A stretch of 64,000 bases of DNA from the human T2T-CHM13v2.0 reference genome, Homo sapiens. The DNA is taken from NCBI RefSeq assembly GCF_009914755.1, contig NC_060926.1. One strand, 5' to 3'. A model generated the notes under the pieces. That model saw only the letters and a list, made by a program, of their open reading frames with translations, was not told the DNA's origin and did no database searches. The position numbers and the translations under genes were made by a program. Below are positions 1 to 14,100 of this stretch, piece after piece; the first letter of the stretch is position 1; the number at the start of each line of letters is the position of its first letter.

Positions 1-73
1 AACGGAATAATCAAATGGAAACGAATGGAATCATCATCGAATGGAATCGAATGGTATCATCAAATGCACTTGA

Positions 74-3000
74 ATGGAATCATCAATGAATGCAATCGAA
101 TGGTATAATCGAATGGAATCAAATGGAATCATCTTCGAGTGGAACCTAAAGGAATCGCCAAATGGACTCCAATGGAATAATCATCATATGGAATCGAGTG
201 GAATCATCGAATGTACTCGAATGGAATCATCGAATGTACTCGAATGGAATCATCTAATGGAATCGAATGGAATCATGGTCGAACGGAAAAGAATGGAATC
301 ATCAAGTGGACACGAATGGAATCAACATCTAATGGAATGGAATGGAATCATCAAATGGAATGGAATGGAATCATCATCGAATGGAATAAAATGGAATCAT
401 CAAATGGAATCAAATGGAATCATCAATGAATGGAATCGAATGGTATCATGGAATGGAATTCAATGGAATCGTCTTTGAGTGGAATCTAAAGGAATCACCG
501 AATGGACTCCAATCATCAGATGGAATCGAGTGGAATCATCGAATGTAGTCGAATGCAATCATCATCGAATGGAATTGAATGGAATCAACGAATGGAATAC
601 AAAGGAATCATAGAATGGACTCGAATGGAATCATCATTGAATGGAATGAAATGGAATCATCATGGAATGGAATTGAATGGAATCATGGAATGGACACAAA
701 TGGAATCATCATCGAATGAAATCGTATGGAATCATCGAATGCAACTGAATGGAATCATTGAATGGACTTGAAAGGAATTATTATGGAATGGAATTGAATG
801 GAATCATTGAATGGACTTGAAAGGAATCATCATCAAGTGGAATCGAATGGAATCGTTGAATGGACTCGAATTGAATCTTTGAATGGAATCGAATGGAATC
901 ATCATTGAATGGAGTCAAATGGAATCATCATCAAATGGAATTGAATGGAATCTTCATTGAATGGACTCGAATGGAATCATCATCAAATGGAATCTAATCG
1001 AATCTTCAATGAAGGGAATCGAATGGAATCATCATCGAATGGAATCGAATGGAATCATCAACAAGTGGAAACGAATGAAATCATCGAATGGAATCCAATG
1101 GTGTCATCGAATGGACACGAAAGGAATCATCGAATGGAATCAAATGGAATCACCATCGAATGAAATCAAATGGAATCACCATCGAATGGAATGTTATGAA
1201 ATCATCTCATGGACTCGAAGGGAATCATCATCGAATGGAATCGAATGGAATCATTGAATGAAATGGAAAGGAATCACCATCGAATGGAATGTTATGGAAT
1301 CTTCTAATGGACTCAAAGGGAATCATCATCGAATGGAATCGAATGGAATCATTGAATGCAATTGAATGTAATCATCATCAAATGGAATCGAATGGAATCA
1401 TCGAATGGAATCTGAATGGAATCATGAATGAATGGAATCAAATGGAATCATCTAATGGACGTGAATGGAATCATCATCGAAAGCAATGAAGTGTAATTCA
1501 ATCGAATGGACATGAATGGAATCATCATTGATTGGAATCAAATGGAATCCTCATCGAATGGAATCGAATGGAATCATCAAATGGAATAGAATGGAGTCAT
1601 CGTCGAATGTAATCGAATGTAATCATCGAATGTCATCGAATGGAATCATCGACTGGAAAAGAATGGAATCATCATCGAATGGAAATGAATAGAATCACAG
1701 AATGAAATCGAATGGAATCATCATCGAATGGAGTCTAATGGAATAATCATCGAATGGAATAGAATGGAATCATCGAGTGGACACGAATGGAATCATCATT
1801 GAATGCAATCGAATAGAATCATCAAATGGACTTGAATGGAAACAACATCGAATGGAATCGAATTTAGTCATTGAATGGCATTGAGTGGAATCATCATTGA
1901 ATGGAATCTAAGGAAATCATCGAATGGACTTGAGTGGAATCATCGAATGGACTGGAGTGGAATCATCGAATGGACTCGAGGGGAATCATCATTGAATGGA
2001 ATCTAGTGGAATCATTGAATGGACTCGAATGGAATAATCGAATGGGCTTGAGTGGAATCATCATCAAATGGAATCAAATGGAATCATCAAATGGACTTGA
2101 ATGGAAACAACATCGAATGGAATCAAATTTAGTCATTGAATTGCACTGAGTGGAATCATCATTGAATGGAATCTAAGGAAATCATCGAATGGACTCGAGT
2201 GGAATCATCGAATGGACTCGAGGGGAATCATCATCGAATGGAATGGACTGTAATCATCGATTGGACTCGAATGGAACCATCATTGAATGGAATCGAATGG
2301 AATCAACGAATGGACTCGAATAGAATCATCATCGAATGGAATCGAATGGAATCAAAGAATGGACTCTAATGGAGTCATCATCAAATGGAATCTAATGGAA
2401 TCATCTAATGGACCTGAAAGGAATCATCATTGAATGGAATCGAATGGAATCATCGAATGGACTCGAATGGAATCATCATCGAATGGAATCTAATGGAATC
2501 ATTGAATGGACTCGAATGGAATAATCGAATGGGCTTGAGTGGAATCATCATCAAATGGAATCGAATGCAATCATCAAATGGACTCGAATGGAATCATCGT
2601 CAAATGGAATCAAATGGAATCATCATCAAAGGGAATCGAAAGGGATCCTCATCGAATGGAATCGAACGGAATCATCATCGAATGGAATCACCAAATTGAA
2701 TCGAATGGAATGATCGTCAAAGACAATCGAAGGGAAACATCGAATGGGATTGAACGGAGTCATCGAATGGAATCGATAGGAATCATCGAATGGATTCAAA
2801 TGCAATCATCATCGAATGGAAACGAACGGAATCATCGAATGGACACGAATGGAATCATCATCAAATAGGATTGAATGGAATCATCAAATGGCATCGAATG
2901 GAATCACCATTGAATGGAATCGAATGGAATCATCGAATGGCATCGAATGGAATCATCATCGAATAAAATCAAATGGAATAATCGAATGTACTCGAATGGA

Positions 3001-6000
3001 ATCATCAAATGGATTTGAGAGGAATCATCATCGAATGGAATTGAACAGAATCATCAAATGGACTCGAATGGAATCCTCATTGAATGGAATCGAATGGAAT
3101 CATTGAATGGAGTCGAATGGAATCATCAGCAAATGGAATCGAATGGAATCATTGAATATCAACGAATGGAATCATCATCGAATGCAGTCGAATGGAATCA
3201 TCAAACGAACTCGAATGCAATCATCATAGAATGGAATCGAATGGAATCTTTGAATGGACCTGAATGGAATCATCATCGATTGCAAACGAATGGAATCATC
3301 ATCAAATGGAATCACATGGAATCATCAAATGGAAAAGAATTGAATAATCATAGAAAGGAATTGAACAGAATCATCGAATGAAACCGAATGGAATCATCAT
3401 CGAATGGAATCGAATGGAATCATCATTGAATGCAATTGAATGGAATCATCATCGAATGGAATCGAATGGAATCATCATCGAATGGAATCGAATGGAATCA
3501 TCAACGAATGGAACCAAATAGAATCATCAAATGGACTCGAAAGGAATCATCGAATGGACTCGAATGGAGTTGTCATCGAATGGAATCAAATGGAATCATC
3601 GAACGGAATTGAATCGAATCATCATTGAATGAAATCAAATGGAATCATCGAATGGACTCGAATGGAAGCAATATCAAATGGAATCGAAAGGAATCATGGA
3701 ATGCATTCAAAGGGAATAATCAAATGGACTCAAATGGAATCAACATCAAGTGGAATCGAAAGGAATCATCGAATGGACCCGAATGGAATCATCATCGAAT
3801 GGAATCGAATGGAATCATCGAATGGACTTGAATAGAATCACTATCTAATGGAACCGAATGGAATCATCATGGAATGGAACCGGAAGGAGTCATCATCAAA
3901 TGGAATCCAAGGAAATCATTGAATGGACTCGAATGGAATCATCATCAACTGGAATTGAATGGAATCATCGAACGGACTCCAGTGGAATCATCGGAGAATG
4001 GAATCAAATGGAATTATCAAACGGACTCGAATGGAATAAACTTTGAATGCAATCGAAGGGAATCATCAAATGGAATTGAATGCAATCATCGAATGGAATC
4101 GAATGCCATCACCGAATGGAATCCAATGGAATCACCATTGAATGGACTCGAATGGAATTATCATTGAATGGAATCGAATGGAATCATCGAATGGACTCGA
4201 ATGGAATCATCATCGATTGGAATCAAATGGAATCATCGAATGGAATCGAAAGGAATCATCATCAACTGTAATGAACTGGAATCACTGAATGGAATCGAAT
4301 GGAATCGTCATCAAAAATAATCGAATGGAATAATCAAATGGAATCAAATGCAATCAACATCAAATGGAATCGAATGGAATCCTAGAATGACATCGAATGG
4401 AATCCTCATCGAATGGAATCAAAGGGAATCAATATCGAATGGAATCGAAAGCAATCACTGAATGGACTTGAATACAATCATCAAATGGATTTGAAGGGAA
4501 TCCTCATTGAATGGAATAGAACAAAAACATTGAATGGACACGAATGGAATCATCATCGAATGGAATCAAATGGAGTCATCAAATGGACTCGAATGGAATC
4601 ATCATCAAATAGGATCATCAATAAAATGGAATCGAATGGAGTCATCGAATGGACACGAATGAATGAACAAATGGACTCGAATGGAAACATCAAATAGAAT
4701 CGAATGGAATCATCGAAAGGAATTGAATGGAATGATTGAATGGACACGAATGGAATCATCTAATGGACACGAATGGAATAATCATAAAATGGAATCGAAT
4801 GTAATCATCAAATGGACTCGAATGAATGGAATCATTGAATGGACTCGAATGGAATCATCGAATGGACTCAAATGGAATCATGATCAAATGGAATCGAATG
4901 GAATCATCGAATGGACTCGAATGGAATCATCAAATGGAATCTAACCGAATCGTCATCGAATGGAATCGAATGGAATCATCGAATGGAATTGAAGGCAATC
5001 ATCATCGAATGGAATCGAATGGAATCATCATCAAATGGAATCAAGAGGAAGGAATCATCAAATGGAATCAAATGGAATCATTGTTGAATGGAATGGAATG
5101 GAATGGAATCATTGAATGGAATTGAATGGGATCACCAATGAACAGAATCAAATGGAATCATCTTCTAATGGAATCGGAAGGAATCATCAAATACACTCGA
5201 ATGGAATCATCATCGAATGGAATCGTGTGGAATCGTCGAATGAACTGGAAATGAATCATAATCAAATGCAATTAAAATGAATCATCATCGAAAGGAATCA
5301 CATGGAATCATCATAGAATGGAATCATAGGGAAACATCACAGAATGGAATTGAATGGAATCATCAGTTGGACTCGAATGGAATCATCAAATATACTCGAA
5401 GGGACGCGTCAAATGGACTCGAACGGAATCATCATCGAATGGAATCGAATGGGATCATCGAAAGGACTCGAATCAAATCTTCAAAAGGACTCAAAGGGAA
5501 TCATTGTAGAATGGAAATGAATAGAGTCATCACACAGCCTCGAATGGAAACATCATTGAATGGAATTGATTGGAAACATCGAATTCACTCGAATGGAATC
5601 ATCATCTGATGGAATTGAATGGAATCATCGAATGGACACAAATGGAATCATCATCAAATGGAATCCATTGGAACGATCGAATGGAATCGCATGGAATTAT
5701 CAAATGGAATCGAATGCAATCATCATTGAATGGAATCGAATGGAATCATCGAATGGTATACAAAGGAATCACCATTGAATGCCCTCGCATGGAATCATCA
5801 TCATATAGAGTAGAAAGGAATCATTGAATGGACTCGAATGGAACCATCATTGAATGGAATCACCAAATGGAATCAAATGGAATCATCATCAAATGAAATC
5901 AAACTGAATCATCAAATGGAATCGAATGGAATCATCATTGAATGGATTCGAATAGAATCTTTGAATGAAATTTAATGGAATCAGCATGAAATGGAATTTA

Positions 6001-6640
6001 AAGGAATCATAGAATGGTATCGAATGGAATCATCATCGAATGGAATGGAATGGAATGGAATGGAATCAGCATAGAATGGAATCAAAAGCAATCATTCAAT
6101 GGAATCTAATAGAATCATCGAATAGACTTGAATGTAATCATCATCGAATGGAGAAGAATGGAATCATCCAATGGACAGAAATGGAATCATCCTCGAATGG
6201 AATCGAATGGAATCATATAATGGACCCGAATGGAATCATCATTGAATGGAATAGAATGGAATCGTCATCGAATGGAATCATATGGAATCATCTAATGGAC
6301 CCGAATGGAATCATCATCGAATTGAATAGAATGCAATCATCATCAAATGGAATCGAATGGAATCATCAAATGGAATCGAATGGAGTCATTGTCTAATGCA
6401 ATCGAATGAAATCATAGTATGGAATCCCATGAAATCAACATCGAATGGAATCGATTGGAATCATTATCAAATAGAATTGAATGGAATCACTGAATGGAAT
6501 CATCAGCAAATGGACTCCAACGGAATCATCGAATTGACTCTAATGGAATCATCACTGAATGGAACAGAACGGAATAATCAAATGGAAACGAATGGAATCA
6601 TCATCGAATGGAATCGAATGGTATCATCAAATGCACTTGA
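74..6640 (+). repeat. Higher-order unit U1, full length, 6,567 bp
   Basis: Marker (…GAGTGGAACCTAAAGGAATCGCC…; ORF starts 74 and 6641) recurs at offset 6,567. The same offset holds for 945/7512, 1289/7856, 2166/8733 and 2430/8997. Confidence 0.9.
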
Positions 6641-9600
6641 ATGGAATCATCAATGAATGCAATCGAATGGTATAATCGAATGGAATCAAATGGAATCATC
6701 TTCGAGTGGAACCTAAAGGAATCGCCAAATGGACTCCAATGGAATAATCATCATATGGAATCGAGTGGAATCATCGAATGTACTCGAATGGAATCATCGA
6801 ATGTACTCGAATGGAATCATCGAATGGAATCGAATGGAATCATGGTCGAACGGAAAAGAATGGAATCATCAAGTGGACACGAATGGAATCAACATCTAAT
6901 GGAATGGAATGGAATCATCAAATGGAATGGAATGGAATCATCATCGAATGGAATAAAATGGAATAATCAAATGGAATCAAATGGAATCATCAATGAATGG
7001 AATCGAATGGTATCATGGAATGGAATTGAATGGAATCGTCTTTGAGTGGAATCTAAAGGAATCACCGAATGGACTCCAATCATCAGATGGAATCGAGTGG
7101 AATCATCGAATGTAGTTGAATGCAATCATCATCGAATGGAATTGAATGGAATCAACGAATGGAATACAAAGGAATCATAGAATGGACTCGAATGGAATCA
7201 TCATTGAATGGAATGAAATGGAATCATCATGGAATGGAATTGAATGGAATCATGGAATGGACTCAAATGGAATCATCATCGAATGAAATCGTATGGAATC
7301 ATCGAATGCAACTGAATGGAATCATTGAATGGACTTGAAAGGAATTATTATGGAATGGAATTGAATGGAATCATTGAATGGACTTGAAAGGAATCATCAT
7401 CAAGTGGAATCGAATGGAATCGTTGAATGGACTCGAATTGAATCTTTGAATGGAATCGAATGGAATCATCATTGAATGGAGTCAAATGGAATCATCATCA
7501 AATGGAATTGAATGGAATCTTCATTGAATGGACTCGAATGGAATCATCATCAAATGGAATCTAATCGAATCATCAATGAAGGGAATCGAATGGAATCATC
7601 ATCGAATGGAATCGAATGGAATCATCAACAAGTGGAAACGAATGAAATCATCGAATGGAATCCAATGGTGTCATCGAATGGACACGAAAGGAATCATCGA
7701 ATGGAATCAAATGGAATCACCATCGAATGAAATCAAATGGAATCACCATCGAATGGAATGTTATGAAATCATCTCATGGACTCGAAGGGAATCATCATCG
7801 AATGGAATCGAATGGAATCATTGAATGAAATGGAAAGGAATCACCATCGAATGGAATGTTATGGAATCTTCTAATGGACTCAAAGGGAATCATCATCGAA
7901 TGGAATCGAATGGAATCATTGAATGCAATTGAATGGAATCATCATCAAATGGAATCGAATGGAATCATCGAATGGAATCTGAATGGAATCATGAATGAAT
8001 GGAATCAAATGGAATCATCTAATGGACGTGAATGGAATCATCATCGAAAGCAATGAAATGTAATTCAATCGAATGGACATGAATGGAATCATCATTGAAT
8101 GGAATCAAATGGAATCCTCATCGAATGGAATCGAATGGAATCATCAAATGGAATAGAATGGAGTCATCGTCGAATGTAATCGAATGTAATCATCGAATGG
8201 CATCGAATGGAATCATCGACTGGAAAAGAATGGAATCATCATCGAATGGAAATGAATAGAATCACAGAATGAAATCGAATGGAATCATCATCGAATGGAG
8301 TCTAATGGAATAATCATCGAATGGAATAGAATGGAATCATCGAGTGGACACGAATGGAATCATCATTGAATGCAATCGAATAGAATCATCAAATGGACTT
8401 GAATGGAAACAACATCGAATGGAATCGAATTTAGTCATTGAATGGCATTGAGTGGAATCATCATTGAATGGAATCTAAGGAAATCATCGAATGGACTTGA
8501 GTGGAATCATCGAATGGACTGGAGTGGAATCATCGAATGGACTCGAGGGGAATCATCATTGAATGGAATCTAGTGGAATCATTGAATGGACTCGAATGGA
8601 ATAATCGAATGGGCTTGAGTGGAATCATCATCAAATGGAATCACATGGAATCATCAAATGGACTTGAATGGAAACAACATCGAATGGAATCGAATTTAGT
8701 CATTGAATTGCACTGAGTGGAATCATCATTGAATGGAATCTAAGGAAATCATCGAATGGACTCGAGTGGAATCATCGAATGGACCCGAGGGGAATCATCA
8801 TCGAATGGAATGGACTGTAATCATCGATTGGACTCGAATGGAATCATCATTGAATGGAATCGAATGGAATCAACGAATGGACTCGAATAGAATCATCATC
8901 GAATGGAATCGAATGGAATCAAAGAATGGACTCTAATGGAGTCATCATCAAATGGAATCTAATGGAATCATCTAATGGACGTTAAAGGAATCATCATTGA
9001 ATGGAATCGAATGGAATCATCGAATGGACTCGAATGGAATCATCATCGAATGGAATCTACTGGAATCATTGAATGGACTCGAATGGAATAATCGAATGGG
9101 CTTGAGTGGAATCATCATCAAATGGAATCGAATGCAATCATCAAATGGACTCGAATGGAATCATCGTCAAATGGAATCGAATGGAATCATCATCAAAGGG
9201 AATCGAATGGAATCCTCATCGAATGGAATCGAACGGAATCATCATCGAATGGAATCACCAAATTGAATCGAATGGAATGATAGTCAAAGACAATCGAAGG
9301 GAAACATCGAATGGGATTGAACGGAGTCATCGAATGGAATCGATAGGAATCATCGAATGGATTCAAATGCAATCATCATCAAATGGAAATGAAAGGAATC
9401 ATCGAATGGACTCGAATGGAATCATCACATGGAATCAAACAGAATCGTCATCGAATGGAATCGAATGGAATCATCGAATGGAATTTAAGGCAATCATCAT
9501 CGAATGGAATCGAATGGAATCATCATCAAATGGAATCAAGCGGAAGGAATCATCAAATGGAATCAAATGGAATCATTGTTGAATGGAATGGAATGGAATC

Positions 9601-11166
9601 ATTGAATGGAATTGAATGGGATCACCAATGAACGGAATCAAATGCAATCATCTTCTAATGGAATGGAAAGGAATCATCAAATACACTCGAATGGAATCAT
9701 CATCGAATGGAATCGTGTGGAATCGTCGAATGAACTGGAAATGAATCATAATCAAATGCAATTAAAATGAATCATCATCGAAAGGAATCACATGGAATCA
9801 TCATCGAATGGAATCATAGGGAAACATCACAGAATGGAATTGAATGGAATCATCAGTTGGACTCGAATGGAATCATCAAATGTACTCGAAGGGACGCGTC
9901 AAGTGGACTCGAACGGAATCATCATCGAATGGAATCGAATGGGATCATCGAAAGGACTCGAATCAAATCTTCAAAAGGACTCAAAGGGAATCATTGTAGA
10001 ATGGAAATGAATAGAGTCATCAGACAGCCTCGAATGGAAACATCATTGAATGGAATTGATTGGAAACATCGAATTCACTCGAATGGAATCATCATCTGAT
10101 GGAATTGAATGGAATCATCGAATGGACACAAATGGAATCATCATCAAATGGAATCCATTGGAACGATCAAATGGAATCGCATGGAATTATCAAATGGAAT
10201 CGAATGCAATCATCATTGAATGGAATCGAATGGAATCATCGAATGGTATACAAAGGAATCACCATTGAATGCCCTCGCATGGAATCATCATCATATAGAG
10301 TAGAAAGGAATCATTGAATGGACTCGAAAGGAACCATCATTGAATGGAATCACCAAATGGAATCAAATGGAATTATCATCAAATGAAATCAAATGGAATC
10401 ATTAAATGGAATCGAATGGAATCATCATTGAATGGATTCGAATAGAATCTTTGAATGAAATTGAATGGAATCAGCATGAAATGGAATCTAAAGGAATCAT
10501 AGAATGGTATCGAATGGAATCAGCAAAGAATGGAATGGAATTGAATGGAATGGAATGGAATGGAATCAGCATCGAATGGAATCAAAAGCAATCATTCAAT
10601 GGACTCTAATAGAATCATCGAATAGACTTGAATGTAATCATCATCGAATGGAGAAGAATGGAATCATCCAATGGACACGAATGGAATCATCCTCGAATGC
10701 AATCGAATGGAATCATATAATGGACCCTAATGGAATCATCATTGCATGCAATAGAATGGAATCGTCATCGAATGGAATCGTATGGAATCATCTATTGAAC
10801 CCGAATGGAATCATCGTCGAAATGAATAGAATGCAATCATCATCAAATGGAATCGAATGGAATCATCATCAAATAGAATCGAATGGAATCATCAAATGGA
10901 ATCGAATGGAGTCATTGTCTAATGCAATCGAATGAAATCATAGAATGGAATCCCATGGAATGAACATCGAATGGAATCAATTGGAATCATTATCAAATAG
11001 AATTGAATGGAATCACTGAATGGAATCATCATCAAATGGACTCCAACGGAATCATCGAATTGACTCTAATGGAATCATCACTGAATGGAACAGAATGGAA
11101 TAATCAAATGGAAACGAATGGAATCATCATCGAATGGAATCGAATGGTATCATCAAATGCACTTGA
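6641..11166 (+). repeat. Higher-order unit U2, 4,526 bp, with a ~2.07 kb internal deletion
   Basis: Anchors 6641 to 11167. The offset to U1 changes from 6,567 (2539/9106) to 4,490 (5277/9767) across a junction near 9380-9420. Confidence 0.88.
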
Positions 11167-14100
11167 ATGGAATCATCAATGAATGCAATCAAATGGTATA
11201 ATCGAATGGAATCAAATGGAATCATCTTCGAGTGGAACCTAAAGGAATCGCCAAATGGACTCCAATGGAATAATCATCGTATGGAATCGAGTGGAATCAT
11301 CGAATGTACTCGAATGGAATCATCGAATGTACTCGAATGGAATCATCGAATGGAATCGAATGGAATCATGGTCGAACGGAAAAGAATGGAATCATCAAGT
11401 GGACACGAATGGAATCAACATCTAATGGAATGGAATGGAATCATCAAATGGAATGGAATGGAATCATCATCGAATGGAATAAAATGGAATCATCAAATGG
11501 AATCAAATGGAATCATCAATGAATGGAATCGAATGGTATCATGGAATGGAATTGAATGGAATCGTCTTTGAGTGGAATCTAAAGGAATCACCGAATGGAC
11601 TCCAATCATCAGATGGAATCGAGTGGAATCATCGAATGTAGTCGAATGCAATCATCATCGAATGGAATTGAATGGAACCAACGAATGGAATACAAAGGAA
11701 TCATAGAATGGACTCGAATGGAATCATCATTGAATGGAATGAAATGGAATCATCATGGAATGGAATTGAATGGAATCATCGAATGGACTCGAAAGGAATT
11801 ATGCTCGAATGGAATCTAATGGAATCATCAAATGGACTCAAATGGAATCATCATCGAATGAAATTGTATGGAATCATCGAATGCAACTGAACGGAATCAC
11901 TGAATGGACATGAAAGGAATTATTATGGAATGGAATTGAATGGAATCATTGAATGGACTTGAAAGGAATCATCATCAAGTGGAATCGAATGGAATCGTTG
12001 AATGGACTCGAATTGAATCTTTGAATGGAATCGAATGGAATCATCATTGAATGGAGTCAAATGGAATCATCATCAAATGGAATTGAATGGAATCTTCATT
12101 GAATGGACTCGAATGGAATCATCATCAAATGGAATCTAATCGAATCATCAATGAAGGGAATCGAATGGAATCATCATCGAATGGAATCAAATGGAATCAT
12201 CAACAAGTGGAAACGAATGAAATCATCGAATGGAATCCAATGGTGTCATCGAATGGACACGAAAGGAATCATCGAATGGAATCAAATGGAATCACCATCG
12301 AATGGAATCCAATGGAATCACCATCGAATGGAATGTTATGAAATCATCTCATGGACTCGAAGGGAATCATCATCGAATGGAATCGAATGGAATCATTGAA
12401 TGAAATGGAAAGGAATCACCATCGAATGGAATGTTATGGAATCTTCTAATGGACTCGAAGGGAATCATCATCGAATGGAATCGAATGGAATCATTGAATG
12501 CAATTGAATGGAATCATCATCAAATGGAATCGAATGGAATCATCGAATGGAATCTGAATGGAATCATCAAGGAATGGAATCAAATGGAATCATCTAATGG
12601 ACGTGAATGGAATCATCGTCGAAAGCAATGAAATGTAATTCAATCGAATGGACATGAATGGAATCATCATTGAATGGAATCAAATGGAATCCTCATCGAA
12701 TGCAATCAAATGGAATCATCAAATGGAATAGAATAGAGTCATCGTCAAATGTAATCGAATGTAATCATCGAATGGCATCGAATGGAATCATCGACTGGAA
12801 AAGAATGGAATCATCATCGAATGGAAATGAATAGAATCACAGAATGAAATCGAATGGAATCATCATTGAATGCAGTCTAATGGAATAATCATCGAATGGA
12901 ATAGAATGGAAACATCGAGTGGACACGAATGGAATCATCATTGAATGGAATCGAATAGAATCATCAAATGGACTTGAATGGAAACAACATCGAATGGAAT
13001 CGAATTTAGTCATTGAATGGCATTGAGTGGAATCATAATTGAATGGAATCTAAGGAAATCATCGAATGGACTGGAGTGGAATCATCGAATGGACTCGTGG
13101 GGAATCATCATCGAATGGAATCGACTGTAATCATCGATTGGACTCGAATGGAATCATCATTGAATGGAATCGAATGGAATCCACGAATGGACTCGAATAG
13201 AATCATCATCGAATGGAATCAAATGGAATCAAAGAATGGACTCTAATGGAGTCATCATCAAATGGAATCTAATGGAATCATCTAATGGACCTGAAAGGAA
13301 TCATCATTGAATGGAATCGAATGGAATCATCGAATGGACTCGAATGGAATCATCATCGAAGGGAATCTAATGGAATCATTGAATGGACTCGAATGGAATA
13401 ATCGAATGGGCTTGAGTGGAATCATCATCAAATGGAATCGAATGCAATCATCAAATGGACTCGAATGGAATCATCGTCAAATGGAATTGAATGGAATCAT
13501 CATCAAAGGGAATCGAATGGAATCCTCATCGAATGGAATCGAACGGAATCATCATCGAATGGAATCACCAAATTGAATAGAATGGAATGATCATCAAAGA
13601 CAATCGAAGGGAAACATCGAATGGGATTGAACGGAGTCATCGAATGGAATCGATAGGAATCATCGAATGGATTGAAATGGAATTATCATCGAATGGAAAC
13701 GAACGGAATCATCGAATGGACACGAATGGAATCATCATCAAATAGGATTGAACGGAATCATCAAATGGCATCGAATGGAATCACCATTGAATGGAATCGA
13801 ATGGAATCATCGAATGGCATTGAATGGAATCATCATCGAATAAAATCAAATGGAATAATCGAATGTACTCGAATGGAATCATCAAATGGATTTGAGAGGA
13901 ATCATCATCGAATGGAATTGAACAGAATCATCAAATGGACTCGAATGGAATCCTCATTGAATGGAATCGAATGGAATCATTCAATGGAGTCGAATGGAAT
14001 CATCAGCAAATGGAATCGAATGGAATCATTGAATATCAACGAATGGAATCATCATCGAATGGAGTCGAATGGAATCATCAAACGAACTCGAACGCAATCA

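Noticed and set aside
4553-4759. Rare minus-strand ORFs (also 52040-52246 and 54431-54628)
   Set aside because: Chance loss of stop codons on the ATTCC strand. The identity of the 4553 and 52040 ORFs reflects unit relatedness, not coding constraint.
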